DNA of 63,751 nucleotides, counting the filler, from Hyphochytrium catenoides (lineage: Eukaryota > Protista > Hyphochytriomycota): the NCBI GenBank assembly GCA_900088475.1. It is 12 parts of 12 records of this genome, joined end to end, with 100 filler letters (N's around TTAATTAATTAA, not from the genome) between each part and the next. Parts side by side here need not be neighbours in the genome. Positions count along the whole stretch, not along the records: positions 1 to 30,179 come from FLMG01000969.1; positions 30,280 to 36,863 come from FLMG01001319.1; positions 36,964 to 43,127 come from FLMG01004281.1; 9 more parts are not named here. One strand, given 5' to 3'. The stretch's first letter is position 1. Each line of letters opens with the position of its first letter. Of the stretch, positions 26,572-39,761 are shown piece after piece. Made by a program: the position numbers and the translations under genes. The notes under the pieces were generated by a model. It was not told the origin of the DNA and did not search any database. It was given only the letters and a program-made list of their open reading frames with translations.

Positions 26572-29500
26572 CTACGCTTTCACCAGGGCCTCGAGCTCCT
26601 TCCACTTCTTGTCCTTGGCCTTCTGCCTCTCCTCATCTGCTATCATATAGTTTGCATATTCTCTTGCGCACTTCTCAAAGAGATTGGAGTCGTAGTCCAT
26701 ATACAGCTTCATCACGTTCTATGCGAGAAGAGGCCCATTTCAATGGACATAAAAGCGATGACGTGTCAGCCTTTTGGTTCATTGTGGTTGCTTACAAAGC
26801 GGCAGCACCCGAGAGGCATTGACAAAGAATCGCAGGATTTTATCTCACGCCCAAGCCAAAGACGAACGAGAGATAGAGCGAGAAAGACGACAGACGCAGG
26901 GAGAGGGGGAAGAAAGGTAAAGAGAGGGTCAAGAAGGGGTGATACTGGTTAAACCGTGCCAGCCAAAGGTGGAACCGCTCCTACCTGTCCTAGTCCTTCC
27001 ACGGTCACATTCCAATGACCGTTGGCTGCTTGATAAAGCGGTCCATAGATTGCCGGCAAGACGATGGAGGCGTGATGGCGGCTGAGACAGCCATTGGCAG
27101 TCAAATGCTCGTTGTTCCACAGAAAGAGACAGCGTTCTGCCACTTGAAAATGGGCACTGCCAATACACTGCAAAGATAGGAAGATAGCAGGAAAGTGCAG
27201 GGATTGAGAAGACCCATCCACACGATGTGCCCCCCGCTATCCTATCCCGTGTGTCTCTTTCACTATTAGTGTCCACAGGGCCGAACCCTATGTGATGTCC
27301 TGTCGTCAATCTAGTTTCATCGCTGATATCCCTTTTGTTCTGTGTCTTTAAGGCGCGCTTCACTGCCTTACCCGTGCAATGACCCTGAAGAGTGGACCGT
27401 GCACCTTCTCTAACTGCTCACTTCCAGTCAGCTCCAAAACCTCTTCTAGCTCATTGAGAAACAGGACCTGAAAGAACAAGTATCCGGATAAGTTAGGAAG
27501 CTCAATGAACCAGAGGTGAAGTGAAAGACTCAGGCTGCCCTGAAGGTTAGGGTTGAGGCAAGATAGCGAGGTAGGAGAATGGACGAATGACCCATTTTGA
27601 GGAAAGGAGAGAGAGGACAATAGATGTGGGCAGAAAGACCACTTCACCTGCTTCGATGAGCTGCACCATGGCCAGAACTTGCAGATTCCCTCTACCGCAA
27701 ACACTGCCGTGTCAGGATCTTTCTCCACGTACTGCCAAAAAGGGTGAGAAAGAGGGAGACGTAGAGAGACAAAGAGGGAGACGTAGAGAGACGAAGAGGG
27801 GCCAGGAAGCGTTAGCAGAGCTCAATGTAAAAAGAAGGCTCAAATGTGGAGAGAGAAGGGGCAGACAATAGTATTGCGACAAGTTGCGCACCTGTGTAAT
27901 GCAATAGGAGAGTTGCTGATGGTAGAGCGTGACACACTTAGGCTTATGCAGAGGGATCAGCGCCCGGCGAAGGAAGTGGAGGTGCTCTTTCTTCAAGGGC
28001 ATAGCGAATCCGTTGATGATACTGCCAAAGGTCCGGCGCAATTGACCAAGAAGAGAGAGAGAAGAGAACAAATAGAGAGCGGGAGCAAGAGGAGAACAGA
28101 TGAACACTACTTAGTAGGATTGTAGGAAACACTTGCTAAATTGGATTGGTCAGTCAGTAGTGACGACAGAGCAAGGCAGAACTAAAGGGAAGCAAAGAAG
28201 GCGCGGAGACCAAGAAAGAAGGTCGATGGGAATAAGGAGAAGAATGCAGTCAAGGAGCAACAGATAACCCAACATTAGCAAGCAGGAGAAGGTAACGACT
28301 CGTTCTTGCCGTCAACAGGCCCGTGTGTTGCTCATCTTACCTTCCCAGAATCTCTAGCAGCTCACCAATGCCATTGTGGCGCTCTGTCTCGTATACAAAT
28401 CTATAGAACACATTACTGATTGCCTTCCGAATAAACGATCTACAAACAGAGAAAGATGCGGATGTGAGAGCGATCGCTACTTTAGGAGCAAAGCGCAATG
28501 GGTGTCTGCGAGAAAAAGATGAAAGATTAAGGGGAAAAAGAAAGTAAACCCCCAGCTCACGTCAAGATAAAAGCAGAGCTGTCGGATCTAAAGAGAAGCC
28601 ACAGCAGAGCCCTCAAAGCCTAGAAGCAAGAAATAGCAAAGAGTCTGTCCGATGAAAAGAGAGAAGGTAAGGACAGGCTACAGCGGCAGAATGAAGAGAT
28701 ACGGTGTACCCCCAACACTTAGGAAGGCGCAAGATAGACCTAGGCTCGTGACCAGTGCCAGAGGAGATCGTATAAGCACCTGTGGGACATGAATTTGCCG
28801 TATATTCTGTGCAGAATTGTTTTGAGATAATCTCTCTCGCGCGGGTCCTCGCTATCGAAGAGCTCGACCAGCATGAGACAAAACTTCTGATTCACATATT
28901 TCTTGGCCACCTTAGCGTTCACCTCGCTCGAGACGATGAACCGAAGGAAGAACTCGTACACAACCTACAAGAGCAATAAGAAAGAACGGGAGCAAAATGA
29001 GAGATTGTCAGTCAAGGGCTTAAGTCAGCAAGTACGATGCGCGATCAATTGGCCGGCGGTTATTCAGACGCAGGTATGAACGATGGGAACAGACAGCAAG
29101 AGCCAAGAGTTGCTGACCTGCAAATGGGGCCACGCACTCTCCAAGACTGGCTCATCTTCTTCCGGGTCAAACTCATCCGGCTGCTGTGTGTTATATTGGA
29201 AACGGCAAGACAACGGTTGATGAGGAAGTTTGAGCTTGATAGAAAAGCCAGCTTGACATATAGAAAGGGGATCTTAAGACTCGCAGGATTCAAAAGGTAT
29301 TTGCTTCTTCGAAGGCAGGCGGGACAGCATCGCAGAAACACAGAGACCTTCAAGATGTGGCTAAGAACGAGAGAGAATGTCTCCCAACAGGCAACTTGGT
29401 AATCGTGATAGGAGCCACCATGCTAGGGAAAAGAGAGATCCTGTGGCAGGACCCCATAATGGGGAAAGACAGGCGAAGACATTAGGATCTAAAGTACCTG

Positions 29501-29894
29501 AGGCGGCAACGCTCGGCAAATGTTGACCGTGACCATTGACAGTATGTCCGGCATAAGCGCTTCTGTGAAGATCTTCTGTCCGTTGGAGTTATTCACGTAG
29601 TCAATTAACTCCAACAGCGTTTGCCGCTTGATGTCCTTCCCCCTATCGCCGCAAACGAGCAAGCGGCAAACCGTCACTGCCTTAAGCCAGGCATTCAATA
29701 GACTCTCAGAGTATGCAAGTTACCTCTTGTCAGCACTGGGGTCGTCAAAGTTAAAGATGACGCTGCAAAGCTGTAGCTTCTGCTGAAACAGTGCCTCTCG
29801 CTTTTGCGCTGAGGTTTCTCTTAGAGTTGGAAGCTCTTTGACAAACTGTGAGGCCTGTGTGTCCTTTGGCTTAGGAAAAGAGCGGTTCGCGACA
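26572..29894 (-). CDS. PPP2R5: Protein phosphatase 2A regulatory subunit B' (B56), 5' end lost at contig break
   Basis: Spliced exons: [56 protein letters not shown]...[90 protein letters not shown]. Stop TAG at 26572-26574. Confidence 0.96.
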
Positions 29895-30279
29895 CTGCAG
29901 AAGAGATAAGAGCACAGTGGGGGGAAAAGCAGGCAAGAAAAGTGTGTTACGGCGTGCTGTTCCACTTCATTGAAGAAATATCAATGCAAGAAGTATGAAG
30001 AAGTATGGAAAGAGAGAAAGTCTTTCAAGATAGGCCCACCAAAAGGTTTTCATGGGGTTAGAGACAAAATATGTAGATAGCAATAGAACAATTTGGGATG
30101 GGATCAAGAGTTTCAAGAGAAAGATAAAAAAAAAAAAGAGAGAGAGAAGAGAGAGAGAGAGAGAAGAGAGAGGTTTACANNNNNNNNNNNNNNNNNNNNN
30201 NNNNNNNNNNNNNNNNNNNNNNNTTAATTAATTAANNNNNNNNNNNNNNNNNNNNNNNNNNNNNNNNNNNNNNNNNNNN

Positions 30280-30754
30280 TACACGGCTGATGGGGCTTAG
30301 AGGAACAGACAGAGAAAAGGAGGCAGCCTTCTCTGAACCAGCGCTACAGAGCCATCCATCATCATTCTCTTCGTCGTGCTCTTCAGTTTCCTCCCAGTCT
30401 CCGAAGACTCGAGCTGCTGGGCGTCGAAGAGCTAGGAAGAAGGTGAGGACCAAACAGGTGAGTCAGTAGAGCAGCAAATGGACCGAGAAGGGACATCGCC
30501 ACCATGAAGAGTCAGAAGGGAGCTTGGGATAGGGAGAAGAGGAGCGAGGAGAGAGAACCAATGAGCACGACAAGATGAGCACTGACAGTACCTTCCATAC
30601 TGTCATCAACGGCTTCCTGCTTAGCATCGCAAGACTCTTGAAGGGAGGCTTCCACATCCCAACCTGCGACCTTCCTGCTGTCCATCACGCGGCGGTAGGC
30701 TCCCATCAGGGCCAAGACCAATACTACGGACAAGACCACAAAGAACAGCACCAT
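30280..30754 (-). CDS. Hypothetical two-exon protein with N-terminal hydrophobic segment, 3' truncated by gap
   Basis: ATG at 30754 (MVLFFVVLSVVLVLALMGAY). A phase-compatible GT-AG intron (~30431-30590) joins it to an open exon ALRRPAARVFGDWEE... No homology recognised. Confidence 0.35.
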
Positions 30755-32502
30755 TGTTCCTAAATCTTCTGACCAAGTTTATCTCTCAAACGTTGGTTCT
30801 GTTGCTCGTTCGCTCGGGGCACCAAGCAAGCACTTTTTTAGCGAGACAAACAACAAGGCGTGGCGTTCAAACGACTGCGAGTCAGACTTTCGAACTGTGA
30901 GAAGAAGACCCCGTCGTGCCCTTCCGCTTGCCTTCGGTGGAGCTTTCCTCTTATTAGTAGCAGGCCATTCTTCTCCCGAGGTCAACGCGAGAAGCAGTGT
31001 ACTTTCTCCACACAATGCTCCTTTCTGTTCACCTTCCCTCCTCTTCTGCCCTTCTCCTCTACCTCCTTCACCATCTTTTCTATCTCTTCTTCTCTTTTCT
31101 TTTCTATGGCCTTCGCTAACACAGATGCTGTCATGCACACTCTCTCTTTATAAGCTCGTGCTGCTCTTCCTTAATCTTCCTTCGCCCTCGTCAACAAACC
31201 CACAGACATCGCAAACCCACAGCTCTCTCTCCTAGTCTCTGATACACCTACCCCTTTCATCTCCTTCTTTGCCTAGTACGTCCTTTCGTGTCTCTTGCAG
31301 CTTTCTCTGTCTCACCCCTTCTTCCTCGTCTCACTCTCTCTGTCTCTCGTCTCTCTCTCCGATCCCCTCTCTCTCCCTCTCTCCTCTCGCCCTTCCTGCT
31401 TGCTGCAGAAGAGATCATCATCATCTCTCATCCAACCTGTAGCTGGTAGAACGGTAGTCGTACAAGCAGCAGGACCGTAGGCCATACTAGTATGGGACGG
31501 GACGGACGCGGTGGGATCGTGGATTTGTTCGAAAGGATGTTCCTCCTCCCCGGCCTCCTGTCTGCTGTCGGCCCCCGGCGGTCCCGGTCCCTGTGTGTCC
31601 AGCGGTACCGCCAGACACATGGGGTCTTCCTTCCATTTCTCTCCTCCTCTCTCCTCTATGTATTCTGCGATAGTCTCTCACTCTGTCTCGTGCGGTTGTC
31701 TCTCCCTGACTCTCAGCACCCGTTGCGTCCTCTTCGGTAAAACGGTATCTTTGATCTGGTTCTCTTTCAGGAACTCCTAGTGGGAGAGATAGAGAGGAGA
31801 GAGTGTAGGGGAGAGAGAGAAGAGAGAGAGAGAGAGACAGAGAGAGAGGGGAAGTAAGAGAGAGAGAGAGAGAGAGTGAAAGAGAGAGAGAGAGAGGGGA
31901 AGTAAGAGAGAGAAAGAGAGAGAGAGAGAGATAGAGAGAGAGAAAGAGAGAATGGCGAGCGGGATGGTAAACAGCCAGGGAATGATGATCGTATATCTTC
32001 TTTTGGAACTCCCTAGGTTAAGGCCTTGAGTCGGTCACTCTGTCTCACACCTTCCCTCCTCGATATTCAAAATCATTTCTCGCGCCTTTTCAACCAACGA
32101 CCTTTGGTGAAAATAGTAGGCACCAGTGTCAGATAGAAAGCCTTAGGAAGATGAAGCTGGGACGAAAGTAGTAATACAGAAACCTTGCCCTTCCCTCCTT
32201 CCCTCCCTCCTGCCTTTCTCACACCAACGCCTACCGAAACTAGAGCATAAGAGCCACTACTTTCGGCTTTTATATCCTAATGCTTACTCTGTCTCTTGCA
32301 TTTGCGTTCAGCAATAATGCGACATGGCCATCTCACCCAACTCTGGCTCCAAATGAGATTCCAAAAGAGAATTGCCCACATTGCCCCTATCCTTCTCACT
32401 AATCTCACCCTTTCTCAGCTGTCAAGCCAGTAGAAAATAAGTCTCCATTGACGAAATTACCGGTTCGGCCTCACGATATTTACTGAGCATGATCGCTTGA
32501 GA

Positions 32503-32737
32503 GCAGCACTGTACGCGGCGAAGGAGGCGGAGCGCCGATTAGCAGCTATCTTGGCCGCTATGGACAAAGTTGCAAAAGGACTACAAGAGCAAGGAAGAGC
32601 TTGTTCGACGATGAGAAATGGCGTTGAAAATGCTGAACAAGCTCTTCCTTGCTCTTGTGCTCTTTTGCCACCTTGTCCATAGCGGACAAGGTAGCTGCCA
32701 ATCGGCGCTCCGCCTCCTTCGCCGGGTAGAGAGCAGC
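32503..32737. repeat. Long imperfect inverted repeat (hairpin), arms 32503-32606 and 32635-32737, 28-nt loop
   Basis: Left arm ...GGCGAAGGAGGCGGAGCGCCGATT...CAAGAGCAAGGAAGAGCTTGTTC is the reverse complement of the right arm GAACAAGCTCTTCCTTGCTCTTG...AATCGGCGCTCCGCCTCCTTCGCC, with scattered mismatches. Confidence 0.9.
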
Positions 32738-33832
32738 ACCTTCCCTGCCCTCGAGCTGGGCATTGACCCCTGACAGCCTCTTGGCTTCCCTCTCTAGGGC
32801 AAGACATCGCTGCTGTAGCTTGGCAGCAGTTTCCTGCCACTGTCCCTTCTCCCTGTCCTTCCTGACAAGGGCAGCCTGAGTGTTGGCCAGTCGCCGCTCA
32901 GCATCTACCGGGGCCTCTTTCAGATCGAGGTCTAGCCGTATATTCGCCGCCTCCAGCTCCTGCACCTTCTTCCGCAGCGCCCGCACCTCCGCCCTGCATG
33001 TTTGCAGGTTGTCCTTGGCATAAGTTCTCTCGTCGCTTAATAACCCCTCACTCCACTTTTATAGCAGCCTCCTGCCATTGGCTTTTTTGTCCTTTTCCTT
33101 CCTGACCAACGCAGCCAGAGTGTTTGCCAGTCGGCGCTCTGCATCTGCGGATGACTCTTTGCGAACGAGATGAAGCCTTAGCTTCGCTTCGCCTCCTCCA
33201 ACTCCGCACCTTTCTCTGCAGCGCCTGCACCTCCGGCTTGCATGCTTGCCGATTGTCCTTGGCATACTCCGGCCTCTGTCCTCTTTACGCAGCGGTTTAG
33301 TCAGCAATTCAACGCGCGCCGCGCCGCAGTCTGAAGGTTTGCTTCTTGTGCATCTCCTTCCTGGAGGCTGACGTGGTCTGGACGACCTTCTGCGGCATGA
33401 GCAGCCGACTTGTTGATCTCTTTGTTTTCATCTCATCTTTTTCTTGCTCCTTGCCCTTTCTTTGACTTCTTTCTTTTTTTTTTCTCTGCATTCTGCCCTT
33501 TCTGCACTGTGCCGTCAGCCTGAAGCTGGGCCTTCGGGGACTTCAGCTTTGCGCCGCTCTTCGGCATTGAGATGTGAAGCTTGAAGGTAAAGAGGTTAAG
33601 ACTTTCTTCTTCCTCACTTTTGGCTGCTCAACCTCTGCTCCTTCTGGTAGGAATACGGAATATGAGCTTGTTCTTCACACGCATAACCGGAAAGTCCTCT
33701 GTATCATGGGTGTGTGTGTGTGTGAGAGAAAGAGAGAGAGAGAGAAGAGAGAGAGAGAAGGGAGACAGACCAGGGATAGAGAGCGGTGCCGAGATTCACT
33801 GATTAAAACATCAATTGGGAAAGAAAGGGGCA

Positions 33833-33879
<47 letters not shown>

Positions 33880-34303
33880 AAAAGACAGACAGAGAGACAG
33901 AGAGAGAAAGGGTAAGGAGAAAGGAGCCCTTCATTCGCCTCCTCCAGCTCCTGCACCTTCCCGTGCAGTGCTCGCCCTTCCGTCCTGCCTACGCCAAGAC
34001 TGTCCTTCGCATAACTCAGGTCGCTGTCCCTTGCACGAAGCGATTTAGTCAGCAGTTGGAAGGGCTTCTTAGTTCGAGGGTTAGCTTGTACTTCCCATCT
34101 CAGGAGGCTGACTTGATCTGGACGTCTTTCTGCACCAAGAGCAGCTGGCTTAGTAATGTCTTTAATTCATCTTCTTGCTCCTCGGACATTCTACTTTTGG
34201 GCTTCTTTCTTTTCTTTCTCTATATTCTGTCCGTTCCGCACTGTGCTGCCAGGCGGAAGCTGGTCTGCTGACGCTTCAGCTTGCGCCGTACTTTGGCATT
34301 GAG
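32558..34303 (-). pseudogene. Decayed, internally duplicated coiled-coil gene
   Basis: ~380-bp unit at 33930-34303 is repeated at 33190-33571. A second unit (RAL.KKVQELE.AN...DAERRLANT.AAL) occurs at 33048-33260 and 32790-33025. Copies carry stops and frameshifts. Confidence 0.6.
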
Positions 34304-34909
34304 CTTTGAAGGTTGAAGATAAAAAGAAGTTACAATTGAAAGAGTCAAGGACAAGGGTCGATGTCATATCAAAGAAGATCGCTAGCATGTTAGATAGAGG
34401 AACAGCGAGTCAGAGGGCTAGGAAGCTAAATGTTCGCTTCGGCTGGCCAGGCCTCAGCTCCCACAGAACTTCGCAGCGGACAAACGTGAACGTAAGACAT
34501 TCTCTCTTCTAAAATGACACTTAACCTTGTTAGCGAAGGCAAATCGATCTCAGGGAGGAGCAGAGTGAACAAGAGGAAAAAGCAGGAAATAACAGATGAG
34601 AGCAGCCTCTTTCGTTATAAGAGCTATGCTGAAAGCCAATGATCGGCCCATCTTTAATAAGTTTGAGGCCATAAGAGGAAGCACTTTCAGGCCAATCCAC
34701 CACCTTCATCATTCGGTGCAACCAGTTAGTCTTTGCTATTGATTATCGGCTGTGCAGCCCCTTCTCGATGAGGAGGCTGAGGCAAGGATTACATAGAGCA
34801 TTTTCTCTATGAGTCAAAATCTTTTGGCCGCCAACATTACCAAGACTACTTTGTGGCCTGACTTCTCTTTCTGTCGTTCTCTGTCTTTAATCTCCCGTTA
34901 GCGTTTCGT

Positions 34910-36365
34910 CTATTCATGCTTCAATAGCGGCGCCTCTGGCTCTGGCTCATACTTGCGGTTGGTGACCATGGACAGGTAGACGTTCCAGAAGATGGAAACA
35001 CAAGAGGAGAAGAGAACCTGAAGTTTAGGCGGCACGTAGCGGAAGTTGATGGCTAGTGCAGGGACCCAGACCAACCAATTGGCCTTTACGGTTGGCCACC
35101 ATTCATTCTGCAGCTTAGTCGGCAGCGTGTGGAGCTCTCCCGACAAAGTGAGCATGATGCTGAAGAATATAGGTAGAAACGCTGGGGACATGAGAAACTG
35201 GTCCACAACTACTCTCTTCAAGACCACCTGCATGAAGGCACCGGGAAGAAGACTGAGACCAACTCACGACAAACTGGTCAAGGTCCACACAGGCCACCGC
35301 TACGATGCATAACGATGCAAGGAAGCTAGGTAGAACTGTCAAAGAGCAAGGGTGATTTGGGAGGGGAGCACGACTAACAACGCAAAGAGCAGCTAAGTCC
35401 GATGCAAGGGAAGTTAACGAGGAACCAGATCCTGGGCACTCGCGTCAGTCATGATGACACCTAGCAGAAGAGGAAGCCCCAGTGGGGCGAAGAAGATACA
35501 TAAGCAGGCAGGCGTCCGTGAAACGAACGGCTGACTATCCACTCACAGGATTGCTCGCGCCTGGGAACCATCTGTTCAGGGTCATATACCAGAGATGAAG
35601 CCATGGCCCTATGATTGCTGTTCCTGTGAAGAGAAAGTTCCAAAGGCGGTGGAAGTCCAGCCCCCTTCTCTCTATGAACAACTGGCAGAGCAAATCGCCA
35701 CCAAAGAGAAGCGTTCCAGTCGTGATGGCCTTGGTGATGACGGGCCTCTCCTCAAGAAGGATAAGATACCGCTGCCACAGCTCTCCGAGTGCATAGCTCT
35801 TAGGTTTCTTGGCTTGGGAGGACGAGAGTGCAAGAGGTAGAGAAGGAACAGGAATAAAGAATGGAAAAGTGAGCGTCTATCCACCAGCTGAGGAGGAGAA
35901 TATCACGTAGGAGCGCCACTCGGCAGGTAGCCCCAGCTCACAGTTTCGAACAATCGAACGGCTCAGGACTGCGGAAGAAGACAAGCGACAGGAGGGAGAG
36001 AATAGAGCAACGTGGCGTCAAAAGCCTCCATTACCTGGTGAAGAGAATCGTCTCCGACCGCCCTGTCCTAGTTTCTTAGGAGACGCAGAGGTTGGGAGCA
36101 TGCCGCGGGTGCCTGAAGTCTGGGCTTTCATGATAGCGCCTCTGGTGCCGCTTCGCAATGAGAAGAGAGTCCTACCGCTAGAGAAAGTGCTAAACTTTGG
36201 TCCTGCAGCTATAATCTGTGGAAGCAAAGGACAAGAGAAGAGTCTCTTCTCTCTCTGCAGTTGGATATTATTACAAGGGGAAGGCAGAGGATGGAAAGGC
36301 GTAGGAGAGAGACGGCGCGAAAGCGGCGCCGACAGTCTTGGAGTTAACGTAGTGAAGCGCAACAT
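34910..36365 (-). CDS. Mpv17/PMP22 family membrane protein with long N-terminal transit-like extension
   Basis: Three exons (36035-36365, ~35548-35813, 34910-~35227): YLILLEERPVITKAITTG..GDLLCQ, GPWLHLWY, VLKRVVVDQFLMSP, ANWLVWVPALAINFRYVPPKLQVLFSSCVSIFWNVYLS. The R/S/L-rich N-terminus MLRFTTLTPRLS suggests mitochondrial targeting. Confidence 0.9.
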
Positions 36366-37034
36366 TGTGCCGAACAACTCCAGTCTAATGATAAAAGTAA
36401 GGGTGTGTGGGACCAGGAAAGAGTTCTTTTCTCTCTCTCTCTCTCTCGAAACTTCCAACAAGATCTCACACCGCCTATTAGGAAGACATGCGAGAGAGGA
36501 GGAAAAGAGAGAGAGAGAGAGAAGAGAGAGAGGGTGAGAGAGGGAGAGAGAGAGAGAGAAAGAGAGAGAGATGAAGAGTCAGAGAAGACAGGTGAAGGAG
36601 GAGCAGGAGGCAGGCACATGAGATGACATGACCTCTGGTCTCTGGTCCGTTTGTGCACGGCCTCCTGTTCTTCCTCCACAGCACCGAAAAGATTTCTTGT
36701 CCAAACACATACTAGCCGCTAACCGCTACACGGCGCTTAAAAGGAGTCCATTTAACTGATGTTCCAGTACGATGTGCTTTTCTTGAGGTACGGCACATCG
36801 ATTGAGGCACATCGTAATAAATGGTGGATATTGAGTTTGGAGATGTGCTTGATTATGTATAGGNNNNNNNNNNNNNNNNNNNNNNNNNNNNNNNNNNNNN
36901 NNNNNNNTTAATTAATTAANNNNNNNNNNNNNNNNNNNNNNNNNNNNNNNNNNNNNNNNNNNNAATGAGGATAGAAACCCAAGTGTCCCTCCGCAAAGGG
37001 TAGAGAAGTGTGAGGAATGACGATAGGCACTCAC

Positions 37035-37839
37035 GTAGTGCATCTCCAATGCTGATTTTCTCTTTCTTGTCATGCTCATCGTAGACCGATTCACAGCAGA
37101 CAACACGCGCACCTAATTCTTCTAGCTTGGCCTTTCGTTTCGCCTTCTCAGTGTCAACTTTAGAATGAACGTTAGAAGAATCGGAGCACGGGAGACGCCA
37201 GCAACCTCACCTTGCCCTCCTTGGCCATCAACAGGCAGTCCTGTAAATGAAGTCAAGATGATAGGTCGACGGCATTCCGGTGCCTGGAGAAGCTTGCAGT
37301 CCAGAGGACATCGTAGGTTACTATCTATGATAACTGGCTGGGGATTGTCGCCTTTGACATTGCAGAAAGAAGTGACCAATACAGCTGTTAGCTAATCATA
37401 AGGATTCACCAAAGGCTTTCATTCAAGAGGGGTAGGGTAAAACAAAGAGTTTTGCCAGGCAAAGGGATTTTCAACCAGCCAAGTTCACGTCTTACCGTCA
37501 GCGTATCGCACGGTAAGGGAAGGGTTGTCGCTGATGACTGTCCCGACACCCACTAGAATAAGGTCGTGAATCGCCCTTAGCTCGTGCGTTAAGCGTAGGG
37601 AGAGTTCATTGCTGATCTTCATAGGCTTGCCTAGGGTTATCGGTACAGTCAATAGAGCACTGGTGCATATGAGGCCAACGGAAGGACAGATCCTTACCGT
37701 CGGCGGTAGCAATGGAACCGTCTAGGGTCTGGGCATATGTCAAAGTGACAAAAGGATACCCATTCTGGCTTTGATGTGTAGCGCACTTTGCCACGATCTC
37801 TTGCAATATAGGCTTGATGGGCTCCAATTCATCGGCCAT
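37035..37839 (-). CDS. Stand-alone RibD C-terminal / Rib7-type pyrimidine reductase (riboflavin biosynthesis), 3' truncated
   Basis: Four exons with short introns (37698-37839, 37496-37630, 37211-37351, 37035-37157): PFVTLTYAQTLDGSIA, ISNELSLRLTHELRAIHDLILVGVGTVISDNPSLTVR, PQPVIIDSNLRCP. Confidence 0.88.
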
Positions 37840-39761
37840 GGGCGCTGGGACCCCCCAAAAGCGGCAGATGAACTTATCTCTACTAGTTCCTAGAACAAGG
37901 AGTCTACACCGGCTGATGATTCCTCCGACCAACTTAACTTACTTGGCAAGAAGTCGGCCAAGATCCACTGATCTTAGATGTTACGGATACACAGAGCAGT
38001 CACTACGATAAACGGTCAAAGCAATGCAGACCAGGAGAGGAAATGGTAAAGTGACGAGGATCAAGGCGACAACCAAAAAGCAAGGCAACCATTGTCTGCT
38101 GTCCTGCCGCTGATAATAAGGGAATCTCCACGGCACTTTCTGCCACGGTGCCACTCCTGTACTCGTAGCAGCTGGCACTGTCATATCACTGCTCTGAGGG
38201 TGTCCTCACGAAGATCTTTTCTTCTGCAATACTTCCGCCTTTCTTCAGTTATTTCTTATACAGGAAACACTTTCTGATCATGACCCCTCTAGACAAACGA
38301 CTTGATGGAATCCTTTACCGAAGCAGCAAGATTTGACCCTTATATAGGGAAGTGCGCTCTGTGGGGTGTCACATCGATGATCAGGGCCGTTTTCTGGTAG
38401 AACTATTAGTAGCCATCATCTACCCTTTTTCATCCTGATAAACATCATGAGCAGCAGAGGCGACGGAAGGAGAGGAGGCAGCAAGGCGGCGCTGCTGCCG
38501 TTGCTGTTTCAGTGCTGTTGGAGCTCTCCACTCCGTCAACAGAAGAAAGAGGTTTTGTTATCCAATGATGGTGATCGCATGGCGAAGTAGAAAGCGGGAG
38601 GACGGAGGAAGAAGAAGTAGTCATCATCAAGAACAACAACAAATAACACACTATTATTGAATTGACAAAGTCCTCGGCCTAGATCATGCGTGAGTATGAT
38701 GATGGGAAAAAAGATACATTGACATAGCATAATAAACGAACCACATAACAGTAAGGAAACGCTGTGATGCTCCTCTGCAATGGGGAAGCAGCCAGTGACC
38801 AGCACACAACTACAGAGGGGATTGAGTATCATCAGCAGTCGTAGGCAGGAGGGTAGTAGTAGTGGCAACAATCTCTTTATGATGGCCCTTTCACCTTAGA
38901 CTCCTTTTTTTGTTGGCTCATGATGACTCATGCTAAGAAGCAGGATGGAGGTAGCTACACCATCATCCCCATTCTAATGGCCGTATCACAGTCTGATTGA
39001 GGATGCAGCTAAGGCTATATAAACAAACTCACCATCAACGAACAAGCAACAATATAGTAATGATGCTCTACTACCTTGCTTTTTTTTTGTTTTTTCTCTC
39101 TGATTTTCTCCGCGCCCTCGTAGGGCTGAAGAATGGTTTCGCATCATCGTCATCCATGACGCTCCGAGATAGAAGATAGAAAAGTAACAATTATAAGTTT
39201 ACTAGGAAGAAGAACAAGGACAGGAAGTTAGAGACGGAGAAGAAGAGAACATCAAGAATCGAAGCTGAAGCAAAAAATGTGCCTCCTATGTACTTCTACA
39301 GTAACAAAAACCCTAACTATTGTTAGTGCTTTTGTCTCGCTTCTAGATTTGGAATAAGACTGAATTATGTCATACGTATCTTCATATTGTGTTACTTTGA
39401 TCGTGAATTTCTAGCCGTTGATTGGAAGGCTGTGTCTGATCCATCAAGATTTTTCTTGCATGCCCCACACGCCCACAGGTCATGGAAACAGCGAGACAGA
39501 CAGGCAACCTAAAGGCCTTTCCTCCAAGACGTTAGAAAGAGATAGACTGAAGGCGCGCCCAAGGCGTGAAGGCAGGGCAAATCTTCTTCCTGCTCCTGCT
39601 CCTGCTCCTGAAGGTCTCCGACTGCAAGAGCGACACAGCTGACGTGTGACTTCATCAATCAGAGTTCTATTAGCTTCAAAGCAGTCCCGCTTATCTCAAA
39701 GGAGGAACAGCACTGTCGTCCTCCTCGTGAATAGGGAACCAACCTTCCTTGGTGAAGCACG

